NCBI RefSeq assembly: GCF_006345805.1
Contig: NC_042998.1
Coordinates: 64,852,001-64,916,000 of the forward strand
Reading direction: 5' to 3'
Length of the DNA: 64,000 nucleotides
Origin: Octopus sinensis
Lineage: Eukaryota
This document shows positions 14,752 through 27,564 of this stretch, one piece after another. Under the pieces are notes generated by a model, which was not told the DNA's origin, made no database searches, and saw nothing but the letters and a program-made list of their open reading frames with translations. Position 1 is the first letter of the stretch, and each line of letters starts with the position of its first letter. The translations under genes and the position numbers were made by a program.

Positions 14752-15079
14752 GGCTCAGTGGTTAGAGCGTCGAGCTTCCGATCGTGAGGTTGTGAGCTCG
14801 AATCCCGGACCGGGCTGCGTGTTGTGTTCTTGAGCAAGGCACTTTATTTCACGTTGCTCCAGTTCACTCAGCTGTAGAAATGAGTTGCGACGTCACTGCT
14901 GCCAAGCTGTATCGACCTTTGTCTTTCCCTTGGATAACATCAGTGGCGTGGAGAGGGGAGGCTGGTATGCATGGGTGACTGCTGGTCTTCCATGAACAAC
15001 CTTGCCCGGACTTGTGTCTAGGAGGGTAACTTTCTAGGTGCAATCCCATGGTCATTCATGACCGAAGGGTGTCTTTACC

Positions 15080-15083
<4 letters not shown>
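14752..15083 (+). mobile_element. Full-length tRNA-derived SINE (octopus-type)
   Basis: A box GGCTCAGTGG, B box GCTCGAATCC, body ttgagcaaggcactt, 3' hairpin ggtcattcatgacc. Near-identical copy at 32215-32544. Confidence 0.9.
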
Positions 15084-15127
<44 letters not shown>

Positions 15128-17399
15128 AGTAAAGAAGTGTTCTGACTCTGTTATTATAGTTCGTAACCCGCGGAGATAAAATTGCAAGACCGATGCCTTG
15201 CACTCATTCCTTCTTTGTGCCTAAGTTGGATTCACAAATATCCCATCGTTTCCTTAAGGCATATGAGGAGTAAATCCCGATCTTCCCCAAATCGTCTATA
15301 CATATGGCAACAAGTAAAGTTTTGTCATTCGTTACTGAGATGATTTCATTCACTTTCATTGAATGTTACATGTTTACAAATCGTTTTCGTCATGAATTTA
15401 TGCTAATTGTGTCTAAGAGTTTTAGATTATATTAGATTGTACTGAAAAGTAGTTATATGACAAGATGTAAGAAGGAACCAAAGTAAGCAAAATGTTGTTT
15501 TCGGCTCGTGTCAAAGAAGAAAATAACTGTATCTCGAATATCATGGAAATAAGAGTAAAACATTTTGAAACTAGAAATGATTCTCAATATTTACTCATAT
15601 CTTCAATAAAGTAAATGAGACAACGAGCAAACTGAACCAGCTGGAAATTACGAATATGTTTCTCAATTGTGATGATGTCGTAATTATTTTTAACTTAAAC
15701 CCTTTAAAAATATATCACAGTTTATGTTCGAGGATAATTAAATCACTGTTTTAGGAAATCATTGAGACAGCTGTTGATATAATCATTCAAAACGTTAGAT
15801 GAGTTTCATTGTAGCAAGATGAAAGGTATTTCCGCTTTGCAATAAAAGAGTGCTGTTTGAAACAGCGCTTGATTTCGTTCGTGCGCTACTTATTTGCAGT
15901 ATGTAATCAACTCTTGAAAATATAATAATCCACTGATGCAACAAATTCCTACTTAGATAACATTTACGCGCACATACATATCCAAAACTCAGATTTTGTC
16001 TTCTTGACAATGATATATTGTTTTCTAAATGTGTTGCAAGTGTCATTGCGTAATAAAGAAATTTTACATTGGCTAGAATAGTTACAATCATTTTATAAAC
16101 ACCTGCTCACGGACAATCTATTCGAAGATAACATTGCTATGAGTTATAACAAATTAATTTAGCAAGACAAAATATACAAGACAAAATGTTCATTGAAAAT
16201 AATTATATATAATACTTTTTCTTTAATATTTTCTCGTGTTCAAATGTGTGTTCGAGTGTGTGTGAGTGTGAGTGGGTATATATATATCATTCTTTTTATA
16301 AACATTGCCTTCCTTGAAAGGTCACTCACATTGACTCGTGGTGCATATAAACACTCGTAATTATATCGTTAGCAGACAGGGATCGGCTGCCACGACACAT
16401 CTATCTTTATTTTATTTTCCCATCAATTTATGTTTAAGTACACGCTCTACAACTGTTTCCTTCTTCTTTCACCATATTTCTCCTACTTATTTCCTCCTTC
16501 TATCTACTATTCACAAGAGTGGAGGGTCTACTAATTTGTGATGCGAGATACCCACACACGCCTCGACATTTGTACCTGATTGCTGTGATTCTACTCCAAA
16601 TCTTGGCCGACTAGTTTCTATATAAGAATATACAATGCCACTGAAACACAAGTAACCAAGACATTTAGTTTAAAATTTTAGCACATGGCCAGCACTTTTT
16701 CGGCGAGGGTTACGTCGATATAATCGACGAAAATCCTCAACTGGTACTTATTTTGTCGACTCTGAACTTTCATCCGGCAGGCAGCCTACGTTTGGGCAGC
16801 ACATGCCCAGTTGTCATCCAGAGACGGCTCATATGTAGAGTTAAAGGCAGTGAAGAAAAGGCGATTGGGACAAGCTGATATATTGAAAAGGGAATTACAA
16901 AAGCTGGACGAGAGAGCTCCAACGTTTCCCGCCTGGATACTTTATCCCTAGCAATTTCTTACACAAAATATAACAAAGTTCCTAATTCATCTTTTACTTT
17001 TTTTTGTTTTGACGCTAGGAGTTACGTTTAGTACTATTTCAGCTTTCTTTAGTATCGTCGGTGTAGAATAACTCCATACATAAAATTAAGTCAAAGTCAA
17101 AATTATACGAAATTTCGTAAAAAAAAACCCTGAAAAGTCAAAATATAGTTTGTAGGTTGAACGTCATATTTTAACTTTTTCTTTTCTCCATCTTAAAAAT
17201 TAACTACTTAGCAGAAAAAATAAAAAAAAGAGGAAAAGGGAGGAATTTCGTACCAAGCAAGATAAAGTTATACGCAGATATACAATTACTTTGAAAGATA
17301 CACATTGGAAAATGGTTTCGTTTCTGTAGTCCTTTCAACCTAGAGTCTTTTTCAATATATGGGTTCTGTACGAACATGGATGTTGAATTAATGTCCGTC

Positions 17400-17644
17400 T
17401 ACACCTACAATTTTTCCGTTATATATATTCCCTTCCGGTCATTTCAAAATGTAACCATTTGTGTATTGTTGGCAATTTCCTTCCTCCGTTTTCCCTACTG
17501 TTGGACTTCCCTCCATTTCTGAAGAAGAGCTTTGTTCGAAACGTTAAATCGTTTTTCTTTCCTTTTTTGAGCGCCTGATAATACATTAGTTGTACCACGC
17601 CTTCGCGTTGTTGTTTTCGCATGTTTGTCCCTGTTTGGATTCAC

Positions 17645-17645
<1 letters not shown>
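17400..17645 (+). mobile_element. Non-autonomous Penelope-pLTR-like repeat containing a hammerhead motif
   Basis: Contains the core-intact hammerhead at 17515-17549 and a T-rich tail running into (TA)n. A related copy lies on the minus strand at 1855-2040. Confidence 0.6.
17515..17549 (+). ncRNA. Minimal type I hammerhead ribozyme motif (core intact)
   Basis: ATTT | CTGAAGA | A GAGC-TTT-GTTC | GAAAC GTT | AAAT: 4-bp stem I, 4-bp stem II, and a loopless palindromic stem III (ACGT) typical of dimer-requiring Penelope hammerheads. Confidence 0.65.
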
Positions 17646-17679
<34 letters not shown>

Positions 17680-17727
17680 ATGTATATGTTTGTGTGTGTG
17701 TGTGTGAGTATGTGTGTGTATGTTTGT

Positions 17728-17858
17728 CTTTGGATTGGGTAACATCGGTGGCATGGAGAGGGGACGCTGATACAACCTTGCCTCGACTTCTGTCTCGGAG
17801 GGTAACTTTCTAGGTGCAAACCCAAGGTCATTCACGACTGGAGGAGTTCTTTGCCCTA
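17728..17858 (+). mobile_element. 3' fragment of the 14752-type SINE
   Basis: ggagggtaactttctaggtgcaaacccaaggtcattcacgact matches the 3' end of the SINE at 14752. Confidence 0.75.
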
Positions 17859-19511
17859 AATATAAATACTTAGGCAAGTTATACGCATACATTGTTTTAC
17901 TTCATTTTGTTTTGCTTCTTTCAGTCGTTGCCTTTCTGCCAAACTATTGTACCACCCTCTAGGGTTAACCCGGAACAAATGGAAAAAATACTCACTACGT
18001 AATTTCAACTCCGTAACCTTTTGTTATGTACGGTTGAAAGAAAAGCCGTTCTTAAAGCAAGGAGGAGAGATATCCAAAGGAGCATCCTCCCTCAGAAGTT
18101 TAGCGCCACTCAGAGGCTAGGAAATATTTCATCTAAGATGCAGTGACTTTACATTTTAAAGCACAACCAAGCTTATGCCTCAGACCTGTAGACTTACAAT
18201 TTAAAAAGATACATGTTTTTTCATTTTAACTCCAACAGAGGACTCCATCAATGAATGAAAATAGAGTTAATGAAATTAATTTTCACAAGATTACCAATGC
18301 CTTCAGTAAACCTGATCAGTAGTTACTTTGAAAAGCATTAAATAGATACGGTGCTAATATTCCTAAAGAAAATGCGACAAGCTTATCGTTAATTAATTTT
18401 ATAGATGTACTAGTAAATAGATTAGAGGCTATCACAAACATTCTATAGTGAAATTTCTTTTAGATATACATAGAAATATTGGCATTACTAAGCTGTTCGT
18501 TGCTCAAATGCTGATATTTAATCACTATTTAAAGAATGTTTCCAAAGATGTGCCAGGACATGAATATTAAAGCATATATATTATGTACAAGAGGAAATTT
18601 ATCGACTGGTACGAGTTTAGATTAGTGACATAAACATTGTAATCAATAGATGCTAACAGTTATTAGGATGCGAATTATAGGAATCGATTTTAGTCATTAG
18701 CCGTACTGGAGCAACGCGTCGAATGGTTAACTCAAACAATACGACGACAGATCGTATTTTCTAAAATTTGTTACTTATTCTATCGTTCTCGTTTCCTTAA
18801 ACTGTTAATGCAACTGTCACATAAACAAACCTATGCCGGTTTTCAAGTAGTAGGAGACACACAAAGACATATACACACGAACACATACAAATACATACAC
18901 ATGTGCGTGCGAAATTCATTGACTAAGCATTGGTCGACCTGGGGTTACTGTAGAAGAGATTTGTAAATGAAGGGACGCTGTGGAACGTCATCCGAAAATA
19001 CGTGACTGGAAACCAACCTTCTGAAATTATTAACCCACTCTGTCATGTATCGGATGTAAATAAGAAAAGTAAAACAGAAAAATGCTATATAAAACTTTGC
19101 TGAAACGACATACAAAATACTGAATGTAGTAGGGAGTGAGTTAAAGTTTTTAATGGATAAAATAGTAAATGTCATTTTGAAAGATTTACTTTCGGAGTAA
19201 ACTGCGCACGTCACAGAATGAGTTCACGATTGCATACGAAATTAAATAATGCTCGCAAGCGAGTGATGCCTAATTCCCTTTCATATTTAGCAACATCTCC
19301 GCATAATAATATTGACACTGTGTATGCCAGTATTGAAGATGGATGTAGACGCAGACGTTTGATAATCTTCTCGAATTATCACATGTATTTCCAATACTAA
19401 AATGCGCATGCTCTAAATTACTACTTGTTTAATTTATATAAGATTGTCTTTATTTCATCTAACGTACTTTTATCTTTTAGAAGGTAAGTTATTATTATAA
19501 TTTATGCGAGG

Positions 19512-19597
<86 letters not shown>

Positions 19598-21057
19598 CGA
19601 CTTAGATATGCTCAATCACCTACCGAATACTATAAACAAAAACACCATACTGGTATCCTTCGATGTAGTCAACCTCTACTCCAATATCCCCCACAACCTA
19701 GGACTAGAGGCAATCCAATTCTGGCTAGAGAATCACGCCAATGAACTACCACATCGCATCAAAAAAGAATTCGTGATAGAAGGGGTTAAATTCATCCTGG
19801 AAAATAACTTCTTCGCCTTCAATGACAACTTCTACCGACAAAAATCGGGGACTGCGATGGGTACACGAATGGCCCCCTCCTTTGCCAACCTAGTCATAGG
19901 ATACCTAGAGATCAGTCTATATCGTAAGGTTCTAGAAAGATATGGCAGCCCTTTCTCCATCTACGTAGAAAACGACTGGAAGAGATATCTAGATGACTGT
20001 TTCATTCTTTGGCATAAAAATATAGAAAAACTCATAGAATTCCAGGAAATTTTAAACGGACTGGACGTAAACATTCAATTCACGATGGAATATAGCCAGC
20101 AACAACTCCCCTTCCTCGATATCCTCATTAAGAAAGCTAATAATATAATAGAAACAGACATATACTATAAGCCTACAGACTCTAAGCAATACCTTCCATT
20201 CAATTCATGCCACCCCAGACACACCAGGATGAATATCCCCTTCAATCTAGCAAAAAGGATATGCACTATAGTCTCTAACGCAAACACCAGAGACACACGA
20301 CTACAAGAACTAAAAGATACCCTTATCACCAGGAACTATCCACCTTCACTTATTGACAAGTGCATTCAACGTGCCCTTCAACTTAACATCAAGGAACTGA
20401 GACATCCCAAATCAAAGAAAAACTTACAATCAAAAGCCTTACCATACATCTCCACACACAACCCTCTCAATAACGAAGCCTTCGGCACCATCCTCCACAA
20501 CATGCCCCCCCTAAAAAAAGACCACAGAATGAACACAATCCTCCAAACACACACGATCATAAAAAGCAAAAGACAGCCTAGATCCATGAAATGTCTCCTA
20601 ACACAAGCCCGAATTCACTCTTCAACACAGAAGCCGACAGTAAAACAATGTGGAAGACCCAATTGCGGGATATGCGACTATCTAATTAAGGGATCAGAGT
20701 TCTCCTTCAAACAGGGACAGCGGTTTACAGTGAAAAGCAACTTCACATGTGCTTCGGAGAACCTAATATACTCACTAACCTGCTCCGGGTGTCAAGAGCA
20801 GTACATAGGCCAAACAAAAAAATGGTTTGCGTAAACGAATGGCCCTGCACAGATCCCAGATAAAATTTCCCCAAAACAGAAAAATAGCTTTTAGCCAACA
20901 CATAGATACTTGCGCCAACAAAAAAACACCAAACTGCAGGATTTTCCCCCTCTACCAATTTAGGGACGATACAACCTCGAGACAACGAATAAGTAAAGAA
21001 AATCTCTTTATTGCAAAATACAGGCCACTTCTTAACGGGTCTGCGACAAACAATTAA
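19598..21057 (+). mobile_element. Penelope-like element (Neptune group): RT + Zn-finger-like linker + GIY-YIG endonuclease, 5'-truncated, one frameshift
   Basis: ORF 19608-20834 has SFDVVNLYSNIP, GTAMGTRMAPSFANL, RYLDD, DIYYKPTD, the linker CGRPNCGIC and LIYSLTCSGCQEQYIGQT. An A7 run at 20816-20822 shifts into the frame that continues LRKRMALHRSQI...KENLFIAKYRPLLN to the stop at 21057. Confidence 0.93.
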
Positions 21058-21140
21058 TATACCTCAACTTTAAAAAAGAAATATATACACACACAAATAT
21101 TGCATTCCATAGAATCCATTACTAATCAGCCCCATCACAG

Positions 21141-21335
21141 CTATATTTTCACCCATTCATATTCTCCCTTCTCTGTTTTTTTCTTCTTCTTCTCCTTCTT
21201 CTTCACCATCATCATTATCATCATCATCGTCGTCATCATCATCACCACCATCATCATCATCATCTTCTCCTTCTCCTTCTTCTCCTTCTTCTTCTTCATC
21301 ATCATCATCATCAACATCGTCATCTTCTTCTTCTT
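21141..21335. repeat. (TTC)n/(ATC)n mixed triplet repeat downstream of the Penelope ORF
   Basis: Directly visible. Confidence 0.85.
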
Positions 21336-21651
21336 CTACTTCTCCACCCTCTACCCCTTAACCTTGTCACTGATGTCTTTAAGTATAACGCCTACGCAAA
21401 TTCCATAAACAATTCCTGAATTGAACTGCGACTACTGGTCGCCACTGACCATTCAAAATACGACCAACAGGGCTCCCCTAGATTTCCCCACTCTCCACAT
21501 CAGCGTCCTTCTTCTTCTCCTACCCTACCAAGAACTCACAACGACCCCGAACACACAAGTGCAAACAAGGGAGTCAGAGAAAAGCAGAATGCCACTCATA
21601 TCTGAAAACTACTATAAAATTATCTTAGCATTTTCTATTTTTGACTTGTTT

Positions 21652-21721
<70 letters not shown>

Positions 21722-22001
21722 GCATACACTCATATGTGTCTCTGTGTGTATGTATTTGTATGTATGTATGAGTATATATATATTATACACATCGATACAT
21801 ATACCCATCTATATACACACATCTATACATACATCTACACATACATACACATCTATACATAGACATACGTCTCTCTCTCTCTACACACACATATATATAT
21901 ACACATATGTACGAACATATATACACATATACACAAACATATATACACATACACACACACATATATATACATATACGCTTATATAAACATATATATACAC
22001 A

Positions 22002-22945
22002 TATAGAAAAATTAGTCAATAGACTATATATTATTCATATAAAATACAGTGTACATTTAAACACATTAAGAGGTATCCACCATAGGACTACCTTGCGCTA
22101 GGATGAACAGCTAAAGTCCAAACCACTAGTTTGGGATAAAATCTCGAAGGGAATAAAAAATAAAATCATTTACCATATATTTCCTGGACTCATGGCTTCA
22201 GACTTTTTTTAGCAAATAAAATAATTTTCTAGGCGAAGACTCCTTCAACAGGTACGTGAAGAATAAACATATAAGTACGAGGCAAACCCAGTAAGTGTCT
22301 CTTGCTTATACATTTTTCAGATTTTTCAAATCTATTGCGCAAGCTCAGTTTTAAATGTAGGCTGCATTTTATATGAATAATATATAGTCTATTAAACAAT
22401 TTTTTAGATACTAGGCTACTGGTAATAAAAAAACTTCTAAAATCTTTATTACACTGATATTATTAATTACGTATAATAATTTCTGGAAAATTATTCGAAG
22501 ATATTGCCGGCATTTTTCTTGTTGCCGAAAGAAAACAGCGCTTGCGTGGTGGATTTCAAATATAGAAATGTATAATCAAGAGGCACATGCTGGATTTGTC
22601 TCGTACTTATATGTTTAATCTTGGAGTACCTGTTCACGAAAACATCGCCTGGAAAATTATTTTATTTGCTAAAAAATGTCTGAAACCATGGTCCAGAAAA
22701 TTGATAGTAACTGTTATTATTTTCCATTCTCTTCGAGATTTTATCCCTAATTAGTGGTTTGAACTTTAGCTGTTCCTTCAAGCGTAAGGGAGTCCCATGA
22801 TGGATACCTCTAAATATGTTTAAATGAGCACTGTATTTTATAGTAATACCATAGAGTCTATTGACTAATTTTTCTATACGCTAGGACACTGCTAGTAAAA
22901 AATGTTTAAATCTTTATTACTCAGATATTAGTAATTAAGTATATA
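22002..22945. repeat. Old fold-back element: about 330-nt diverged inverted arms plus an internal direct duplication
   Basis: 22002-22335 is the approximate reverse complement of 22545-22878 (termini tatagaaaaattagtcaatagact / agtctattgactaatttttctata). 22385-22475 is a direct copy of 22855-22945. Flanked by TA arrays. Confidence 0.8.
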
Positions 22946-22965
22946 TATATATATGATACATACAT

Positions 22966-23025
<60 letters not shown>

Positions 23026-23048
23026 TATATATATATATATATATATCA

Positions 23049-23079
<31 letters not shown>

Positions 23080-23277
23080 GTGTGTATATAAATATATATA
23101 TAAACATATATATATATACATATAATATATGTATATAAATATATATATAAACATATATATATATGTAAACATATATTCATATATATATATATGTATATAA
23201 ATATATATAGAAACATATATATATATATTATATATATATATATGTAAACATATATACATATATATATATATAAACCT

Positions 23278-23316
<39 letters not shown>

Positions 23317-23345
23317 ATTATATATATATTTATAGATACATACAT
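22940..23345. repeat. (TA)n/(CA)n microsatellite
   Basis: Directly visible. Confidence 0.95.
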
Positions 23346-24059
23346 ATTACAAACATACGATATTTTTTGTATTTTATATATAGATTAGCTACCACCTGGA
23401 GTAAAATATCTTAGTACATGTTGCTGCCTTTACAGTTAATTTTTGCAAATTATTGTTAAATGTGCCCCAAAACTTCAAGCAGATTTGGTTGAGATAAATA
23501 TAAATGTAATCCAGAACGTTTGAAAAATAAATTTTATCTTGCAATCATTACCATGGTTAATACTCAGGGCAGTTTGCAATATCGTATCAAGCGCACCTGC
23601 GAACATATGTTATTATGTTGCATAACTGATGTTATTTTAACGGAACTCTTACATATCCAAAGCCTGTCCATATAAATAAATTCACCCCCCCTCTGAGAAT
23701 CGTTGCCAATAAACTTTGAGAAAAAAAATCAAGTATGCGGATGGCAAAAAAGATTACAGAGCAGCAAAGTACTGTGCTTCAGATAAGAGTTTTAAAAAAT
23801 GTATCCTGCATTGGAGTATGTTAGTTGTTACTCTTGTTGTAATTGCCAAACCCTAACGAAAAAAAAACTATTATAATAAATATGTGAATTGTTGAAGCAT
23901 CTGTGAGTGAGAGGTCTACAGATACAGAACTATCTTTATGTATGTTTGATGAAATTCTTTTTTTAGAAAATACCTTGTTACGTCACACGTCTAAAGTCAT
24001 ACACCGTATAGTATGAATCTCTTGAATGCGATATATATAAATACATACCTACTTATATA

Positions 24060-24138
<79 letters not shown>

Positions 24139-24272
24139 ATACATGTATGTATATATATAGATATATACACCCACACACACATCCACATACACAAACATAT
24201 ATACACACCCACACACATATATATATATATTTAAAAACGGAGATGTGGAACACGAGTTGTGATATATAAAAA

Positions 24273-24593
24273 AAAGGAAATGAAGAAAATGCTGACAAAA
24301 TAATTTAAGTAAGGGAGAGTGTATTTAATTAGGTGAAAGTTCTTTTTACCGGTTGCGCATTTGTTATGCTTATCAACATATATTTTTAAAGAGAGATAGA
24401 GTTCCTTTCTGATAGATTTTGTTCTCTTATCTGGATAAGAGAAAAAAATCTATCAGAAAGGAACTCTATCTCTCTTTAAAAAATATCTTTTGATAAGCAT
24501 AACAAATGCGCAACCGGTAAAAAGAACTTTCACCTAATTAAATACACTGTCCCTTACTTAAATTATTTTGTCAGCATTTTCTTCATTTCCTTT
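24273..24593. repeat. Near-perfect palindrome, about 159-nt arms, 2-nt loop
   Basis: Centre ttctcttatc-tg-gataagagaa (24422-24443). The arms match out to aaaggaaatgaag / cttcatttccttt with only a few mismatches. TA-flanked. Confidence 0.92.
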
Positions 24594-24929
24594 ATATATA
24601 TATATATATATATAGCAGTATCTACGCCAAGCAGTGTTTAAGCATAAGCGAAATTTAGGTCAGTTAAAATAGTTTCGTCACATATTTCAAATTCTAAAAG
24701 CTAAATCTGAACTGAGATACCTGTCGTCGGCATTTCCCTTTCATTACGGTTAAAGAGCTATATACATTGTATCTGGGAAACCGATATACGGCAACACTGG
24801 GCAGATATGACAGAGGTTTCCGCTTGGTGGGTGTCAAGTTTTCTGGTACATGATCAAAAGTTCATCAGGCTGATCATAACACACGACAATTTGACAATGA
24901 TTGAAGCAGGTGGTTTCTTTATTTCGTTG

Positions 24930-25517
24930 CCAGAGATAAAGCGATAATCCATGCAGTGAAAACACCCGTCCTCACCTGATCCAAAGAGGAGCAAGGTAGT
25001 TTCATCTGCAGAGAAGATGATGGGCTCCGCATTTTGGTATGCAAACTATTGTTTTTATTGACTGTTTTCAAAAGGTCCACACCATCAATGGGGAGTATTA
25101 TGCCAACTTGTTGAGACAATTTCGAAAGACTATCAAGACCAAACGCCCGGGAAAACTAATGAAAGGTGTCTTGTTTAATCCAGCAGGCCAAGTCCTTGGT
25201 GTTCGTGCTTCTGGCTTTGAACTGGTTGATCACTTTCCCTATCCTTATTTGTCCCTATCTGATTGTCATCAATTCCCTAACGTGTAAAAACACTTGACTG
25301 GGAAGCAGTAGAGGAGTGATGGCGTGATGTCTGCTGTTGATGCCTTTTTCGCCCAAATGCATGAAAGCTTCTTTTTCAATGGGTTCCAAAGGATGCAATA
25401 CATATGGAAGTACTTTGTGGACCACAAGTGGAGCTATGTTGAAAAATAAAACTCAGTTGAACACATTCCATAAGAATATCTTATACATCCTATGAACTTC
25501 TCAGCCAACCTTCGTAT
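24930..25517 (+). mobile_element. Mariner transposon, decayed 3' half with right TIR
   Basis: Translates to IVFIDCFQKVHTINGEYYANLLRQFRKTIKTKRPGKLMKGVLF, GFELVDHFPYP and ...YVEK*, then the TIR-like aacttctcagccaaccttcg followed by TA. Confidence 0.85.
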
Positions 25518-26649
25518 AATACGACCGCAAACATTAGTTACGTAATAGACAACATGCGAATTCAAGTAAATAAATACTAAACCTATTTAAAATTATGCCA
25601 TCTGGCAACAATGGTAAACATCATTTTTATATATCCTGAATATTGAGGTGAATATTATCACATGTGAACCTAAAACTACAATCCAAAGTAGAAACATAAT
25701 GTCGCACACATGGGTATTATTAGATGTAGGAAAATACAAAACGTTTTGATTTGCTAGGAATATTTTTTGTGTTCCCTTATTTCTTCTTTATTTAAACATT
25801 TGTTTTTGTTGTTCGTTTTCCGATTGAAAAAAAATTTAAGTGTTTTATGCCTTGATATATTTCTCATCCATATATATTATTGAAAATGCTTTGAACCAAG
25901 CAAGTTGGGAAAACAGAAAACAATAATTTATTAGCCATTTACGACACTGTGGTATTTCATATTACAATAAGATACCACATGTGAAGTGTCATATGCTAAC
26001 ATCATTTATCATTTTCAGGTCTTAAGTAAGAAAAAATAAATGATTAATAAGAATATATTATAATATTTTTGTATCCAGTCGTGCTCGAGAAAGTATATTC
26101 ATAAATACAAGTGCAAGGGTGTATGCAAATTTGCAAATATAAATACAACTGTTCGCAAAATTTCATACGCGCCATACATATTCATACTCACACAAACACA
26201 CTTATAGGAGAAGAGAGAGAAAGATTCGAAAGCATACAGAAAGTGTTAACAGCAATAAAATATTTATTGCTTGTGGCCAAACCCTTAGTCGCACCGTCAG
26301 AGATCTCGTCATAAAAACACTCCCGGTACGTCTAGTTTGATATATAGTTGTTCGCCAGCGGATTTTAAAAGCTTCGTTTTACGTCTCCTTTGTATAGGCA
26401 TATCATCTGGCTATCATGACAAAGTGGTTGGAATTCGTGGTTTTGATATGTACATTCCCTCTGTCTCTACTCTCGGAGGGAACACGTGTGAGATTTTACC
26501 TTTAGGTGGAATCAAAATTTAATAGTTTCAAATATGATAAGTTATCGTTCTGTGACTATAGACAATATGGAAAAATGCTAACACCAACCGTATAAAGAAC
26601 AAGGTGACAGCCACTGAAGAAGTACTAATGTTAGCAGTAGTTGTTAGTA

Positions 26650-26797
26650 TTATTTACATTTGACAGGTATTTGTCGTTATCTTATTTCTTGTTAACACAA
26701 CGTTTCGGCAGATATGCCCTCCAAACTTCATAAGGAGTCTTGGGGAAATTTCGAACGTAGGTTTTCATACCTAAGGAAATTTTCGATGATGTTGTTG

Positions 26798-26862
<65 letters not shown>
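26650..26862 (-). mobile_element. (AAT)n-headed hammerhead-family element, minus copy
   Basis: Minus strand: (AAT)n aacatcatcgaaaatttcc...gactc CTTATGA A gtttggagggcatatctgcc GAAAC GTT gtgtt aacaagaaataag. Same family as 12560-12720 and 31295-31470. Confidence 0.7.
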
Positions 26863-26899
26863 TGGGTCACACTCTGGAATCGAACCTGAATAATAATAA

Positions 26900-27510
26900 G
26901 AAAATGACCACATCTCACTCCTCTGGAACTTCACCATTCAAACTGACAGGAAGACAGATGCAAATAGGCAGACATCATACTGAAAGACTTCAGACAAAGA
27001 ATATGCCTCCTCATTGATATGACTGTCACAATCGATATAAACGTATCTGTCAAGACCTAACAAAAACTGAGCAAATATAAAGATCTTGAAATAGAAATCA
27101 GCAAAATGTGGAAGCTGAAGACTAAAACAATACCTGTTGTCATATGCCCTGGGAGTGATAGCGAAAGGGACTGATTGCTACCTAACTCAGATACCAGGAA
27201 ACCCCAAAATGGCAGAAATTCAAAAGATAGTGCTCATGGGAACTACTCATATCCTACGCAAAATACTCTCTATGTAATACCAAGGTTTAAAACAAATTTT
27301 TTTTTATTTATTTATTTTATTTTATTTTATTTTATTTTTTTTATTTTATTTTATTTTTATGTATTAGACATTCACTAGTACAACACCAAAAAAAAAACAA
27401 AAAAAAAACACCAAATATATGGCACAGAACTTCCAACCTGTTGTCTCTTGAGGTCTCTGGGTGAGACTTGGAGCCAACTTGTACAAACATAAGGCAAAAG
27501 TCAAACATAG
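26900..27510 (+). mobile_element. R4/Dong-clade retrotransposon, short 3' fragment (restriction-like endonuclease domain + 3' UTR), distinct subfamily
   Basis: ENDHISLLWNFTIQTDRKTDAN(R)..DII..LLIDMTV..KLSKYKDLEIEISKMWKL..ALGVI..ILRKILSM* (stop 27275-27277). Preceded by a short AAT run and followed by (AAT)n at 27511. Confidence 0.85.
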
Positions 27511-27564
27511 AATAATAATAATAATAATAATAATAATAGTAATAATAATGATAATAATAATAAT

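Noticed and set aside
14752-14830. tRNA gene-like A and B boxes (also 8935-8968, 12385-12445, 32215, 57890-57945)
   Set aside because: No complete cloverleaf, and the sequence continues into SINE bodies.
20816-20822. Programmed ribosomal frameshift in the Penelope ORF
   Set aside because: Penelope RT and GIY-YIG are normally one ORF; a single-base homopolymer indel is the simpler explanation.
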